A DNA stretch of 63,255 bases, filler included, from Reclinomonas americana ATCC 50394 (GCA_048213135.1; 7 parts of 5 records of this genome joined end to end with filler, not necessarily neighbours in it), one strand, 5' to 3'; positions 24,293-37,462 are shown, numbered from the whole stretch's first letter. Program-made: numbers and translations. The notes: generated from the sequence alone by a model not told the origin.

Positions 24293-27200
24293 TCACTCCC
24301 TCTGCTGCTCCTCGACCAACTCCCGCAGAAATTGCACCACACCATCGTGCTCATTCTCCACGGCGCACAGCAGCGGCGTTCGGCCCCGCGAGTCCACTGC
24401 TCGCGCCACAGACGGCCGCTGCCGCACCAGAAACTGCGTCATGGCCAGACATCCACTGGCGGCGGCACAGTGAAGCGGTGTGGCATTGTCGGAAGAGCGC
24501 ACCAAATCCAGCAACTCTGGCTGTCGTTCCACCAAGTAACGCGCGACGTCCACATCGTCGACGCGGACGGCAACGTGCAGCGGCGTGCTCCCGTCGGCAC
24601 ACGCCGCCAGCAGAGACATGTGCATGCGCTCCGTCAAGAACTTCAGCACACGCACACTGTGACGCCAGCAGGCCAGGTGCACTGCAGAGGCGCCGGTCAG
24701 GCAGCCACCACCGGCTGTAATGGCGAAATCCAGGCATGACCCCTGCTGCTGCTGCTGCTGCTGCTGCTGCCGATCGACCAGAAACTCGACCACTTCCAGG
24801 TGATCGCCGGACGCTGCGGCGTGCACAGGGGCCCAACCGTCTTCGTCGCGTACCTCCGCCATCTCCGGTCGAGCGTGCACCAGTCGCCGCACGACTTCCA
24901 GGCGCCCGGCAGCTGCGGCAAAGTGCAGCGCCGTGGCGCCACTGGTGGCGACAGCTGACAGTAGCGCCTCCGCTCCGTCCTGCTGAAGCAGCCAGTCCAC
25001 CATCTCCACACTGCCTCCCCACGCAGCTTCGTGAAGTGGGGTACTGCGGGCAGAAGTGAGCAGCGAGAGCGCGGACGGCTCATGTTGCAACATGCACCGA
25101 GCCGAGGCCACACTGCCGCTGCCACATGCGCAGTGAAAGGCACTCATGTCGTTTGTCGACGGTGCGCGCACCAGAATCAGTGACGGGTCCTCTTGTACCA
25201 AGAATTCGACAATGGCCACGTGGCCGCACGAGGCGGCGAGGTGCAGCGGCGTCGCTCCGCTGTGATTGGCGGTGCGAACCAGACTCGGCTGCTGCCGCAC
25301 CAGCAACTGGAGGACGTCAAGGTGACCGGCTGTCGCCGCTGCGTGGACGGGCAACACACCATTGCTGTTGGCGCACCCGAGGAGCGACGGCTCGCGCTCC
25401 AACAGCACCTGCACCGTCGGCAAGTGACCGCCGGCCGCAGCGAGGAGCAATGCGGTCATGCCCTCCGCACCCTCCAACGTGGCGGTCGCCGACACGTTGA
25501 CCACGTGCGGCGGTTGCCGACACAGCACTTCAACGGTGCTCTGATCGCCGTTCAAAGCCGCCATATGCAGCGGGGTGAGACCGTCCGGAAAATCAACCGT
25601 AGCCAGTGTTGGTCGCTTCTCCAGCAGGTACTCGACCACCGCCGCGTGCTTGTTGCTGACAGCGATAAAAAGGGCGTTGGCACCGTGACCGGTGGTGGCC
25701 GTGATCAGCGCTTCGTCCTGCAGCTGTTCCACGATGAAGCGTACAATGTCGAGGTGGCCCTTGCCGGCGGCCACGTGCAGCGCGTTAATGTTGGTGCCGC
25801 CGTCAGAGGAAGCCATGACCGCGGCAACGTCGACCGCACCACCGCGCAGCGACTCTTGGCACAGGTACTGAAAGACGGCGACCGAGCCCGAATCGGCCGC
25901 CGCCAGCAGGGGCGTGACGCCGCGCTCGTACTCGACAGTCAGCACCTCCGGGTGCTTCTCCACCAAGTAGCTCACCGCCGCCAGGTTGTCAATGGCCGCT
26001 GCCAGGAGCATCGGCGTCAGCCCTGCCGTCTTCGTGACGTTGAGCAGGGCCGGACGCTGTGTCACCAGCAGCTGCACCACATCGATGTGGCCGTATGCGA
26101 TAGCCACGTGGAGCGCTGAGCCGAAAGTCGGGATCACACAGTCAGCGAGACTCGGCTCCGCTTGCAACAAGAACTGCGCGACCTCCGCCGCGCCCACTGT
26201 GGCTGCCGCGTGCAGGGGAGTGGCGCCATCAGTGGAGGTGACGTGGAGCAGCTCTGGAAATCGTCGCACAATGTACTCGACAGCGGCACGGTGGCGGAAG
26301 AAAGCAGCGGCGAACAAGATGGACATGCCCTGCATACCGGGGACGGTGGCGGCTTGCTCCGGCAAAGGGAGGTCGAGCACGTGGTGCACGAAATGCGGGC
26401 GCTGTCGCACAACAAACTCCAGGGCCTCGACAGATCCGCCAATGGCCGCAGCGTGTAGCGCGTTGCAGCCGTCCATGTCAACGCTGTCCAACAGTGCGGG
26501 ATCGCGGGAGAACACACGTTCAGCCGCCGCCCATTTGCCTGCGCACAACCCTGTCAAGAATGGGTTCACCATTTGCTTGTCGAGGCGGTGCAGCAGCGCC
26601 GGTCGCTGCTCGAGCACAAAGTCGACGAGGGCGACACTGCCGCCGCTGACCGCCGCGTGCAGCAGCGATTCGCCGCTGTCGTCGGGGGCGACGGCATCCA
26701 GCAGTGACGGGTCGGCGGTGATGAGTTGGCGTGCGAGGGAGTCGTCGCCGTCGCGGGATGCTGAGGGAGATGAAGGGGAAGGGAGATGATGGGAAAGGGA
26801 AGGGGGGACGTGAGAGAGGGAGAGAGGGAGAGGGAGAGGGAAGAGGGAAGAGGGAAGAGGGAAGAGGGAAGAGGGAAGAGGAAGAGAGGAGAGGGAAGAG
26901 GGAAGAGGGNNNNNNNNNNNNNNNNNNNNNNNNNNNNNNNNNNNNNNNNNNNNNNNNNNNNNNNNNNNNNNNNNNNNNNNNNNNNNNNNNNNNNNNNNNN
27001 NNNNNNNNNNNNNNNNNNNNNNNNNNNNNNNNNNNNNNNNNNNNNNNNNNNNNNNNNNNNNNNNNNNNNNNNNNNNNNNNNNNNNNNNNNNNNNNNNNNN
27101 NNNNNNNNNNNNNNNNNNNNNNNNNNNNNNNNNNNNNNNNNNNNNNNNNNNNNNNNNNNNNNNNNNNNNNNNNNNNNNNNNNNNNNNNNNNNNNNNNNNN

Positions 27201-27980
27201 NNNNNNNNNNNNNNNNNNNNNNNNNNNNNNNNNNNNNNNNNNNNNNNNNNNNNNNNNNNNNNNNNNNNNNNNNNNNNNNNNNNNNNNNNNNNNNNNNNNN
27301 NNNNNNNNNNNNNNNNNNNNNNNNNNNNNNNNNNNNNNNNNNNNNNNNNNNNNNNNNNNNNNNNNNNNNNNNNNNNNNNNNNNNNNNNNNNNNNNNNNNN
27401 NNNNNNNNNNNNNNNNNNNNNNNNNNNNNNNNNNNNNNNNNNNNNNNNNNNNNNNNNNNNNNNNNNNNNNNNNNNNNNNNNNNNNNNNNNNNNNNNNNNN
27501 NNNNNNNNNNNNNNNNNNNNNNNNNNNNNNNNNNNNNNNNNNNNNNNNNNNNNNNNNNNNNNNNNNNNNNNNNNNNNNNNNNNNNNNNNNNNNNNGGAAG
27601 AGGGAAGAGGGAAGAGGGAAGAGGGAAGAGGGAAGAGGGAGCTGATGGGAAAGGGGGGATGGGGAAGGAGAAGGAGAGGGAGAGGGAGAGGGAGAGGGAG
27701 AGGGAGAGGGAGTGGGAGAGGCAAGAGGGAAGAGGGTGAGGGAGAGAGGGAGAGGGAAGAGGGAAGAGGAAAAGAAGATTGAGAGAGGGTCAAGGAGGGA
27801 GAGAGGGAAGAGGGAAGAGGGAGAGTGGGGAGAGGGAGAGGGAGAGAAGAGGGAGGGAGGGAGAGGGAGAGGAACATGTGAAGCGAGAGGGAGATGGGAA
27901 GAAAGCATGAGGCAATGAACGGAACACGAGCGCAGAGAGAAGAACGCACCTTGGAACACTTGATGCACAGTGTCGGTCAT
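24293..27980 (-). CDS. Ankyrin-repeat protein (~830 aa, ~20+ repeats)
   Basis: Exon 1 27980-27950 (MTDTVHQVFQ, G|GTGCGT donor), then a single exon 26760-24293 with repeated 'G.TPLH.AA..G..E.V..L' motifs and an internal polyQ. Confidence 0.9.
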
Positions 27981-28240
27981 ACAGGCGTTGAGGAGCACAG
28001 GGGCGAGGAGGCAAGGGATGTGGCGTCACGCACACACGCACGTACTCTGTGAGAAGACGAACGAAGAAAGTTCTGTCGAAAAGGACAGCAGCAGCACACA
28101 CAGGCTGCGAACACTCACCACCTTCGCACCGCATTCACCACGAGCATCTTCTCTGTGTGACTAGGCATCGCTTGCAGGCCGTGCTCAAGCTGACTTTGGA
28201 GAGGGTGGTGAGAATGAAATTACAAAGCAAGTTGGAAGGC

Positions 28241-28450
28241 ACTCACGCGCACACACCGATCACAGACTGAAGGTGCAGGAGAGACACTGATTGCACACGC
28301 ACACAACGACCAAGGGTTGAGGGCGCAGAGAGACACTGATTGTATGAATACACCGATCAAGTGTTGAGGGTGGAGGAGAGACACTGATCGCACGCACACA
28401 CTGATCAAGGGATGAAGGTGGACAGAGACACTGATTGCACGCACACACAC
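28241..28450. repeat. Second array of the ~47-bp tandem repeat, 4-5 units
   Basis: 'gagacactgattgcacacgcacacaacgaccaagggttgaggg' units match 18800-19312. Confidence 0.85.
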
Positions 28451-29219
28451 TCTCGCCGACAGAGACGTCGACACAGCGATCCCAGGTAACCAGCAAGGTT
28501 TTTTAAGGGTTCGTTGATTGACTGGAACGTCGCGGTCATTTCAGCATTTATTCCGACGAGCACTCGCGCAGTGTCGATGGTGGGTTCATCTGCGCATTAT
28601 ATGTGCAGTTGTGCAGGAGAACGTGAATGCATGCATCTGCACGCGCGCGTGTGTGTTTGTGTGTTTGTGTGTGTGTGTTCGGATTTGACCGATGCGTGTT
28701 CGATTCCGTGTTTGTCTGGGTGTTGGTGAGCGTGTGTTGCGTGCAGCGCGATGCTGATCAGAGCAATGTCGCGTGCAGTTTACAATAGTCGGTTTCACCA
28801 CACACGATTCGGCTCTGATCGTCGTCAACGACGAGTCGGCCAAGTCCACGCGCGTTGACATTCCGTGCGAGCTCGAGGAGAGTGGAGGCGCGTCAGTGGG
28901 GAGAGTGGTTGTGGAGTCGAAGAGTGTGAGCTCCCTCGAGGTGAGATGACATTAATCTGTCGCTTGCACTCATTACCTGATTGCGTTTCGTGAAGGATAA
29001 TCCAACTCTCCCTGTCACGTCCACCCCCACGCTTGGAGTGCAAGAGGGGAGTGAGCAAATAGGGACAGTGGAGGCGACGGAGAACGGTGTCATCGGCAAG
29101 AAGAGCAACGTGTCGCGCGGAGGACGGTGCATGCGAATCGTGGCAGTCGCAGGTGTGAGGTGTGTTGGTGACGGGAGGAGCGCAGAGTGGTCGAGGCGGT
29201 GTACGTGTGCGCGTGTGTA

Positions 29220-29253
<34 letters not shown>

Positions 29254-29478
29254 AGAGGAAAAGTGAAGGGAGGTCAGAGTGTGTGAGTGAGAGAGAGAGA
29301 GAGTGGAGCGCACGGAGAAAGAGACAGACAGAGAGACAGACAGAGAGAGAGAGAGAGAGCGAGGGAGAGAGAATGACGAGGAAGCGAAGGGAAGCCAGAG
29401 ACAACAGAGCCTGAGAGACCACCGAGTGACTGAGCAAGGTAGAGAGAGGGAGAGAGAGAGAGAGAGAGGAGGAGAGAG

Positions 29479-29519
<41 letters not shown>

Positions 29520-29643
29520 GAGGGAGGAGGAGGAGGAGTGAGGAGGGAGGGTAGGTAGAGGTAGGAGGACGGAAGGGAAGGAAGGAAGGAAGGAAAGGAA
29601 GAGTAGTAGTACGTCGTCGTCGTTCTTCTTCTCGTACGCGTAC

Positions 29644-29743
29644 NNNNNNNNNNNNNNNNNNNNNNNNNNNNNNNNNNNNNNNNNNNNTTAATTAATTAAN
29701 NNNNNNNNNNNNNNNNNNNNNNNNNNNNNNNNNNNNNNNNNNN
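29644..29743. other. Artificial contig-joining spacer
   Basis: TTAATTAATTAA at 29688-29699 within Ns. Confidence 0.97.
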
Positions 29744-30383
29744 CTCACCCTGTGTGCCTTCGGCGAGTCTCTAGGAGAGGGAGGGAGGGAGAGGAGGGAA
29801 TGTGAGGGAGGGTGATGGAGAGTGCGGGAAAGAGAGGGAGAAGGAAAGAGAGAAGTTGGTCACTGGGTCTCTTTCTCACTCTTCTCCTACGTGGGTGAGT
29901 GAGTGAGTGAGTGATTGAGTGAGTGAGTGGGCGAGTGTGTGAGTGAGTGAGTGTGTGTGTGTGTGTGTGAGAGAGAGAGTGAGCGAGTGAGTGAGTGAGT
30001 GAGGGAGTGAGGGAGTGGGGGAGTGTGAGTGAGTGAGTGAGTGAGTGAGCGTGTGTGCGTGTGGTTGAGAGAGTGAGTGGGAGTGCTGAATAGAGCAACA
30101 GCCAGCAAGCGATGTGAAGCGGCAAAGAAATCAAAGAAAAAAGAGTGAGCGCGTCTCGCCTCTTCATCGCAAGTCGTATACCTTGCCCCACTTGCCTTCT
30201 TCATTTCCCTCACTTCTTTCGTTTCCCCGGCCCACCAGGCCCATCTGCCACACGCGCCGTAACCGCCTCGCCCTTCGTGGCGGCGGATGTGGAGCCTCGC
30301 GCGACACCGACGTCGCGAGTCATCCGTCTCCACTCGCTTCGCCGTCGGCCTCCAAGTATGCATTGGCGCCGACTGAACCGCCA

Positions 30384-33300
30384 ATGGCAAATGCGGCGCC
30401 AGCACCTCAGCCTCTCCCGGCTCTCCAGCAGAAGATTAACGCCCTTCACGAGGCCAACACCATGAAGGCCGTGCTCCCGCTGCCCAACGATCCGAACAAT
30501 CTCTCCACCCTGGAGTGCCTCGTTTCGTTGATGCTGGGAAGTAGAAAATGTGCGTGAGGTCTCTCATCTGACGCACTCGCCTCCGCCAGGTTCCTCTGTG
30601 GGCGAATCAGACCACAGCTCAGGCCGACTCGGCGGGCGGTCGTGCTACTGCGCAGCTGGCCGACGATGTGCTCGACAAGTTTGTCAGCCGGGAGAAGCCG
30701 ACGGACAAGGTGCGGCACTTTTGATTGGAGTGTACATTATGTCTCTCTTCTCGTCGCGCCTCCCTCTCTTCACACTCTTTTCTCTCCAGTCACTTCCTCT
30801 CTCCTCTTCCCCCATTCCTCCTGTCATGTATCTCTTCGTTTTCAATTTTCCTGGGTCTCTCGCTCCTCTGTTTGCTTCCCGTCTATCTTGCTTTTATTCA
30901 CCTCGCACTCTCCTTGATTTCTGGTTGGAGTTTGTTCGCCTATTCCCCTTTTTTCCATTCATCTAGATTGCTTTGTATCGTGCTGGTTCGCTTTACCCTC
31001 TGGCCCTTTCTTCACAGTCTGCTCGTCCGTGTTCCACTCTCTCGTATTGCACGCTCGCAAAGCCATGAAGTTCCTCTCCCTCCCTATCTCCCTCTCCCTC
31101 TCTCGTAACTCCATGAAGTTCCCCTCTCTCCCTCCCTCTATCTCTCCCTCTCCCTCTCTCTCTCTCGCCTGCATCACATCTCGCATTTTTTTGCACTCCT
31201 GCTTACGTCCGGGCTCTGTGCTGAGCAGCCCCTACTATATTGTCATCTGTCGTCCAAACATGTCTCGCTGATTTGGTGCTTCTCGACTTCTCAGTCTCAC
31301 GGATTGTGTCTTTTCATCCTAGGTGCTGGTGGTGGCCGGCTGGTCCGGCGGTGGCAAGTCCGTGCTGCTGCGGCACCTCACCACCCGCCTGCATGTGCGC
31401 GACGACACGCTGGTGTTGTCGGCTCGCCTTCCCGCCATTCCTCGTGAAGACGTGCTGCGCAAGCCAGGAGCGCTCCTGCCCTACCTCTTGCGTGAGGCGA
31501 ATGAGGCGGTGGGAGATGAGAAGACGCAAGTGACGGAGGACGAGGTGAGTGTGTCTTTACCTGGTATCCAGCTTGTCGCGATCGTCTCTCTTCCGTGGTG
31601 ATTCGCTTGCAATAGTGCGATGTCTGTGCGTGTATCGATGCGACTACGCCACTGCATGATGTGCTTCACGCATCTCCGGGCTCCATCTTTCTTTTTTTTT
31701 TCCTCTTCTTTCGCAAGGTGGTGCTTTCTCTCCCACTCTGTGAAGTCCCAGCAGTCTTTCTTTCTCTGTCGCTCTCTATAGAGTCGTCGCTCTGTTATCT
31801 CCATGCCTTCCATTCGCCGCCATTCTCCTTGCTGGCGATTGCTCTCGCGCCCTCGTTTTCACTCTCCCTGTGGAGTTCTCTGCCGCTCTCCTCGAGGTTA
31901 TCTTTCCTTTGGTCACTCTCTCTTCCTTCTATTGGGAGTCGTCTCTCTGCTCGCTCCATGTTTGCCGTGCACCTCTTTTCTCCATGTCTTTTTTTCTTTC
32001 GCACGCCTTCGTTCTCACTCTCCTTCCGTGGAGTGTTCTTTCCTTCTATCTATAAAGCGTTGTTTCTTCCTCGGTCTTTCTCAGAGTCTTCTTCTCTATC
32101 TCTATGTCATACTCTCCCACTTACTCTTTTCCTCGCTGTTGCTCCCGCACACTCTTATCCTCTTTCTACTTTCTCCACTCATTCTCTCTTAGCTTCTCTC
32201 CATCTCCCTTCATACGATCCCTTCTGCTTTCCTGGTGCCTTCCATTTCCTCACTCTCTCCTTGCCTCGCTCTTGCTGCCGCATACACATGTGCACATACC
32301 TCTCTCTCTCTCCCACTCGTACTCGTTCCCTGTCTCACAGTCTCTCAATCTGATACTCTATTCACCTACCCCTTCACAACGTACACAGCTCCGTCGCATC
32401 GGCACCGTAGTGTTGGTGCTTGACGGATACGACGAGTGTGGTGAAGCACCCGGCAACTTGTATGTCAATCACGAACTGGATGTTGCGTTGCCATTACCAA
32501 GGGGAGTGGCACAAGCTGCAGAGAGAGTGACTCACCAAGTCGTGCAGGGCTGGCACAACGTGCTGCTGGTGGTGTCGGTGCGACGCGAGTTCATCAGCCG
32601 CCTCGGCAACTTGTGGGCCGAGGGACACTTCGTGCCTGTGGACCCGAAGCTGTCGCGCGCCGAGCGGCTCCATCAGCCTGAGCGCACGCTCGTGCGATGC
32701 ATGCTGCGTCTGTTCTCTAAGGACGACGTTGATCTCTTTCTGCAAAAGTTGAGCGCGATTCTCGTGAAACTCCATATGCCTTGGCGCTGACATTCGCGTT
32801 GGGCGAGCAGGTTTGTGGAGTCGCGGGCGGATCGCTCTCGCTCCTGCGAGCAGTACAAGCTGAAGATCGAGCACACACCCGGTCTGGATGGTCTTGCCTC
32901 GTCGGTGAGTTGATGGGAAAGGGAAAGACGTGGGCTCGTCACAGCATTGGCAAAGTGAGTGTTGTAGAAGAGTTGCAAGAAATGGGGAGGGGCATCAGAT
33001 GCAGAAGAAGGAGTAGTGCCGTAAGAGGGTGCACGTGTCGGGATTGTATGGAAGAAGAGGACCACATTCGTAAGGGGAAGAGTGTTGTTGTGAAATAGCT
33101 TTTCTGTTTTTTTGCGAGAATGCTCAGTAATAGACGAAAGTTGTGTCGAGATCATGAGAAGGAGTCCGTCGCATGCTGAAGCAGAAGGATGGTACACGCA
33201 AAGTACTATCCAGATGTAGCAAAGTGAGCAGTTGTCAGAAATGCAAGAAGGGCGTTTCAACATCACCTCGGCACTTGACGTTGGTCTCACTTTACTCCTT

Positions 33301-36300
33301 CCCTCAACAGCCCCTGATGTTGAACATGATTGTCCTGGTGATGGATGATCTGGAACGGATGGAGCACCATCATGACGGCGGTGATCAGGTTGCAGCATCC
33401 GTGACGCGAGTGACTCGTGCACGGCTGTATGAGGCATTTGCCAAACACAAACTGCGCTGGGAATTTGAGCATCACCAAGTGCACATTTGTCAGGTGTGTT
33501 GTTGTTGGTGGCTGTTGTTTGTCAGTGTGTGGTACGTCTGCTCACCTGGTTGTACACGCGCAGTTATATGGTGACGGTGAGTCGGAAGACGATTTTTGCC
33601 TGCGAGTGTTGGACTTTTGCTCGGAGCTTGCCGGCGAGATGATGCAACACTCGCTGACTTCTGTAAGGCAAGGGAAGCTCGAGGTTTGTATGTTTCTTTC
33701 TTATTCTTCTGCATTTCCTGCCTCTTACCCTTCATCTCTCTCCCTTCGCAGTGCACTCAGCAAGCCATTGCAGAGCAACATGTGTGGAACAAGTGGTTTG
33801 ATCGAGATGACCCGCTGCAGAACTCTCTTGTTCGCGCTGTTGCGTTTTCGCGATGCAACCTCTCCCGTCGTCATATGTGTCCTTGCGTTCTCAATGGACA
33901 GGACGAGGCAGGCATTGCTGAAATGGAGCCGACTTGGAGCATCACAACAGCGTGTGGAGTTCATGCACAAATCGGTGCTGGAGTACTTTGCCGCTCAGTC
34001 GTGGCTGGCCGATGTGCGGCTGTTGGTCAATGAGGAGGTGGGGTTGGAGGTGAGCATCGTCGTGCTTTGCTGATTGTGCCAGTTGTATGATTGCCGACAT
34101 TTCTTCGTGCAGGATCGACTCGACAGACTGTGCTCCAGCTTCAGTGGCCAGCGGACGCTTCTCACATCGGATGAAGTGAGTGCACTGTTCCATTGACCTT
34201 TTTCGCTTCTGTGTTCACTTTTTTCGATGGTCCCAGGGCCTCAACTCCATTCTATCGTTCGTCGCCGAGCAAGTGCAGCCAGATGTGTCTCTCCATGACA
34301 CGCTGTGGAAGGTCCTTGCACTCTCTCGCACGGAGGAGAGAGTCGCAGCCGTGTCATCAAGTGCGGCCAGTGCGTTGTGCCTCGCGGAGGTGTCATTTAG
34401 TGGGCGAGATCTGTCGGGAGTGCGAATACCAGGTGCCGACTTGAGGGATGCTGTGATGCACAGAACGGTGTGGAAGGGGGCGGATTTGCGAGGGGTTAAT
34501 GTGTGCTCGGCTTTTGCGAGAGAGGCGGATTTCAGAGGGGCGGATGTGACGGGCGTGTCATGGCCAAGAATGCCAATGATTGGGCATGGTGGTCATGTGT
34601 GCGCTGTTGCTATCACTCCCGATTGTCAGTACATCGTAAGTGGCAGTGCTGACAAGACTGTTCGAGTGTGGTCAATGGCGAGTGGGGAAGAAGTTCGACG
34701 ACTAGAGGGGCACGCTGGATGGGTATTCTCTGTCGCTGTCGTCCTTGGTGGTCGGTACATTGTAAGCGGCAGTGATGACAGGACTGTGCGCGTGTGGTCA
34801 TTGGCGAGTGGCAAGGAATTACGACGGTTGGCGGGGCACACTGAGTCGGTGTACTCTGTCGCTGTCACCCCAGATGGTGAACACACTATTAGCGGGGGTA
34901 ATGACAAGACAGTCAGGGTGTGGTCTTTGGCAAGCGGGGAAGAATTGCAGCGGATGGAGGGTCACACTGCTGCAGTTTTATCTGTCGATGTCGCTTGCGA
35001 TGGTCAGCACATCGCAAGCGGTGGAAATGACGGAACTGTTCGAATTTGGTCACTTGCGAGTGGAAGGGAAGTCTTACGGTTGGAAGCGCACAGCAGGGCT
35101 GTAAATTGTGTCACCTTCACTCCCGATAGCGTGTACGTTGTGAGTGGCAGTGACGATGTGACAGTGCGCTTGTGGTCGCTGGCAAGTGGTACAGAAGTGC
35201 GACGGCTGGTAGGACACGTCTCGCCAATTTATGATGTTACCGTTACTCCAGATAGCCAGTATGTTGTGAGTGGAAGTGCCGACAATACACTGCGACTGTG
35301 GTCGCTTGCAAGTGGGGAGGAAGTGAAGCGCTTAGAGGGGCACGCTGATAAGTTGTACTCTGTTGCCGTCACTCTCAATGGTCAATGCATTGTGAGCGGC
35401 AGTGGGGATGGAACAGTTCGACTGTGGCCCATGGCGAGCGGAGAACAAGTGCGACGGTTGGATAGATGGGTCGAGGAAGTGCTGGACGTCGCCGCATCAC
35501 CTGATGGGCAGTACGTCGTTAGTGGTGGCATGGACGCGTCTTTGCAAGTACGGTCATTGGCAACTGGAAGGGAAGTGCGACGACTGGAAGGACACACTGA
35601 TGCAGTGTGTTCTATTGCTTTCACCCCCGACGGTAAGCACATTGTGAGTGGTAGCCGTGATAATACAGTGCGTATGTGGCTTCTCTCGAGTGGTGAGGAG
35701 ATACGACGGTTGGAGGGCCACAATGGTTCTGTGGGTTCTGTAACTGTTACTCGCGACGGTCTGTGCATCGTGAGTGGCAGCTGTGATATGACTGTGCGAA
35801 TGTGGTCGATGGTGAGTGGAGTGGAGGTGATGCAAATGAGGGGACACACTGGTGTTGTGACCTCAGTCGCTATCTCTTCCGATGGTCCGCACATTGTGAG
35901 TGGCAGTCACGACAAGTCGGTGCGAGTGTGGTCAATGGCAAGTGGTAAAGAAGTACGACGGCTGGAGGGACACACTGGCTGGGTGTGGTCAGTTGCCGTT
36001 ACGCCCGATGACAAGCATATAGTAAGTGCAAGTCACGACTGGACAGTGCGAGTGTGGTCAATGGAGACTGGGTTGGAAGTGCGACAGTTGAAGGGTCATG
36101 ATGGATGATGGAGAGGCGAACTCTGTCGCTTTCACTCTCGATGGTCAGCACATCGTGAGCGGCGGTTATGACAAGACTATTCGAGTGTGGTCACTGACAA
36201 CTGGAGACGAAGTTCGACGGTTTACCGGGCACACCGACACTGTGACGTTTGTTGCAGTTGCTCCCAGCGGTCAATTCCTTGTGAGTATGAGCGACGATCG

Positions 36301-36322
36301 GACAGTGCGAGTGTGGTCGTTG
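30384..36322 (+). CDS. NLR-like STAND protein: NACHT NTPase + pentapeptide repeats + 14 WD40 repeats (premature stop at 36106 in repeat 13; 5' end uncertain)
   Basis: Walker A 'VLVVAGWSGGGKS' (31323), Walker B 'VVLVLDGYDE' (~32410), 'LLVVSVRREF', 'PLMLNM' (33311), winged-helix 'EFMHKSVLEYFAA', 'FSGRDLSGVRIPGADLRDA..WKGADLRGV', then 14 WD40 repeats in one exon from 34237. Approx exons: 30384-30521, 30590-30709, 31323-31544, 32389-32747, 32811-32904, 33311-33493, 33564-33683, 33752-33838, 33912-34049, 34113-34175, 34237-36322. Confidence 0.88.
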
Positions 36323-36584
36323 GTGAGTGATGTCGGTGGAAAGACAACAGGTCAAGGGTCAAGGGNNNNNNNNNNNNNNNNNNNNNNNNNNNNNNNNNNN
36401 NNNNNNNNNNNNNNNNNNNNNNNNNNNNNNNNNNNNNNNNNNNNNNNNNNNNNNNNNNNNNNNNNNNNNNNNNNNNNNNNNNNNNNNNNNNNNNNNNNNN
36501 NNNNNNNNNNNNNNNNNNNNNNNNNNNNNNNNNNNNNNNNNNNNNNNNNNNNNNNNNNNNNNNNNNNNNNNNNNNNNNNNNNNN

Positions 36585-37425
36585 GTGCAACGACGGTTTG
36601 CCATTGTTGTGGCAAAATTTCTTGCGTGGTTTTTTGAGATGCTGCGTCAATGGGATGAACGCCAAGCTGCATGGCAGCAGGCGTGGCGTCTGTGCGAGGA
36701 GTGGGAGAGGGATGGCAGTGACGACATGACTGTGCTGGACAGGATTGATGCGTTGCGGTGCCTGATGTGGTTTGCTTACTATTCGAGCAACTTGCCGCTG
36801 CTGGTGCAGTGTCATGAGCGGCTGTGTGCGACACTGGGTGAGAGTCATCCATATTCGCTGACGGCCCTGTTCTGGCGCGCTAAGCATCACTATAATCGGA
36901 AGCGATTTGCAGATGCTGAGGCACTTTTGCGACAGTGCTGGGATATGCGACGACTGCTTCTTGGAGCTGAGCACCCTGACACGTTGGTATCCATGAACAA
37001 TCTTGCCGCATGCATCCAATATGACAGTCGTCTGCAGGAGGTGATCCAACTTGAACGAGAATGCTTGCGCTTGACACGGGCAACGCTGGGAGATCGACAT
37101 TCCGACACTCTTACTGCGATGCACAATCTTGCCATTTATCTCGAGCAGCAGAACACACCAGAATCACTGGCAGAAGCCGCTGATTTGTACCGTCAGTGCT
37201 TGGAGAGATCGCGTGAAGTGCTGGGTGACAGACATGAGCGAACATTAACTACGATGTTCAACTACGGCATTGTGCTCACGAAGCTGCAACTATGGGCCGA
37301 GGCAGAGGCGCTGCTGGTGGAGAGTGTGGATGGTCGGCGAGTGGTGCTTGGCGAAGAGGATTCGGATACGGTGGATGCCATCAAGACGCTGGCCGAGTGC
37401 AGACGTCGTCGTGACCGAGCTCAGC

Positions 37426-37462
<37 letters not shown>

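Noticed and set aside
25193..26789. Long plus-strand ORFs opposite the ankyrin gene (similarly 46235-47902 and 53965-55344)
   Set aside because: Antisense shadows of GC-rich coding sequence, with no independent motifs.
24293..27949. 1218-aa ORF taken as one protein
   Set aside because: It reads through a polypyrimidine intron and 666 Ns; the spliced model is ~830 aa.
28500..29230. Possible exons upstream of the ankyrin gene
   Set aside because: No recognisable motif or consistent splice chain.
36106..36108. Stop-codon reassignment or readthrough explaining the WD40 stop
   Set aside because: The frame also shifts, which the 7-bp duplication explains; other genes end normally at TGA or TAG.
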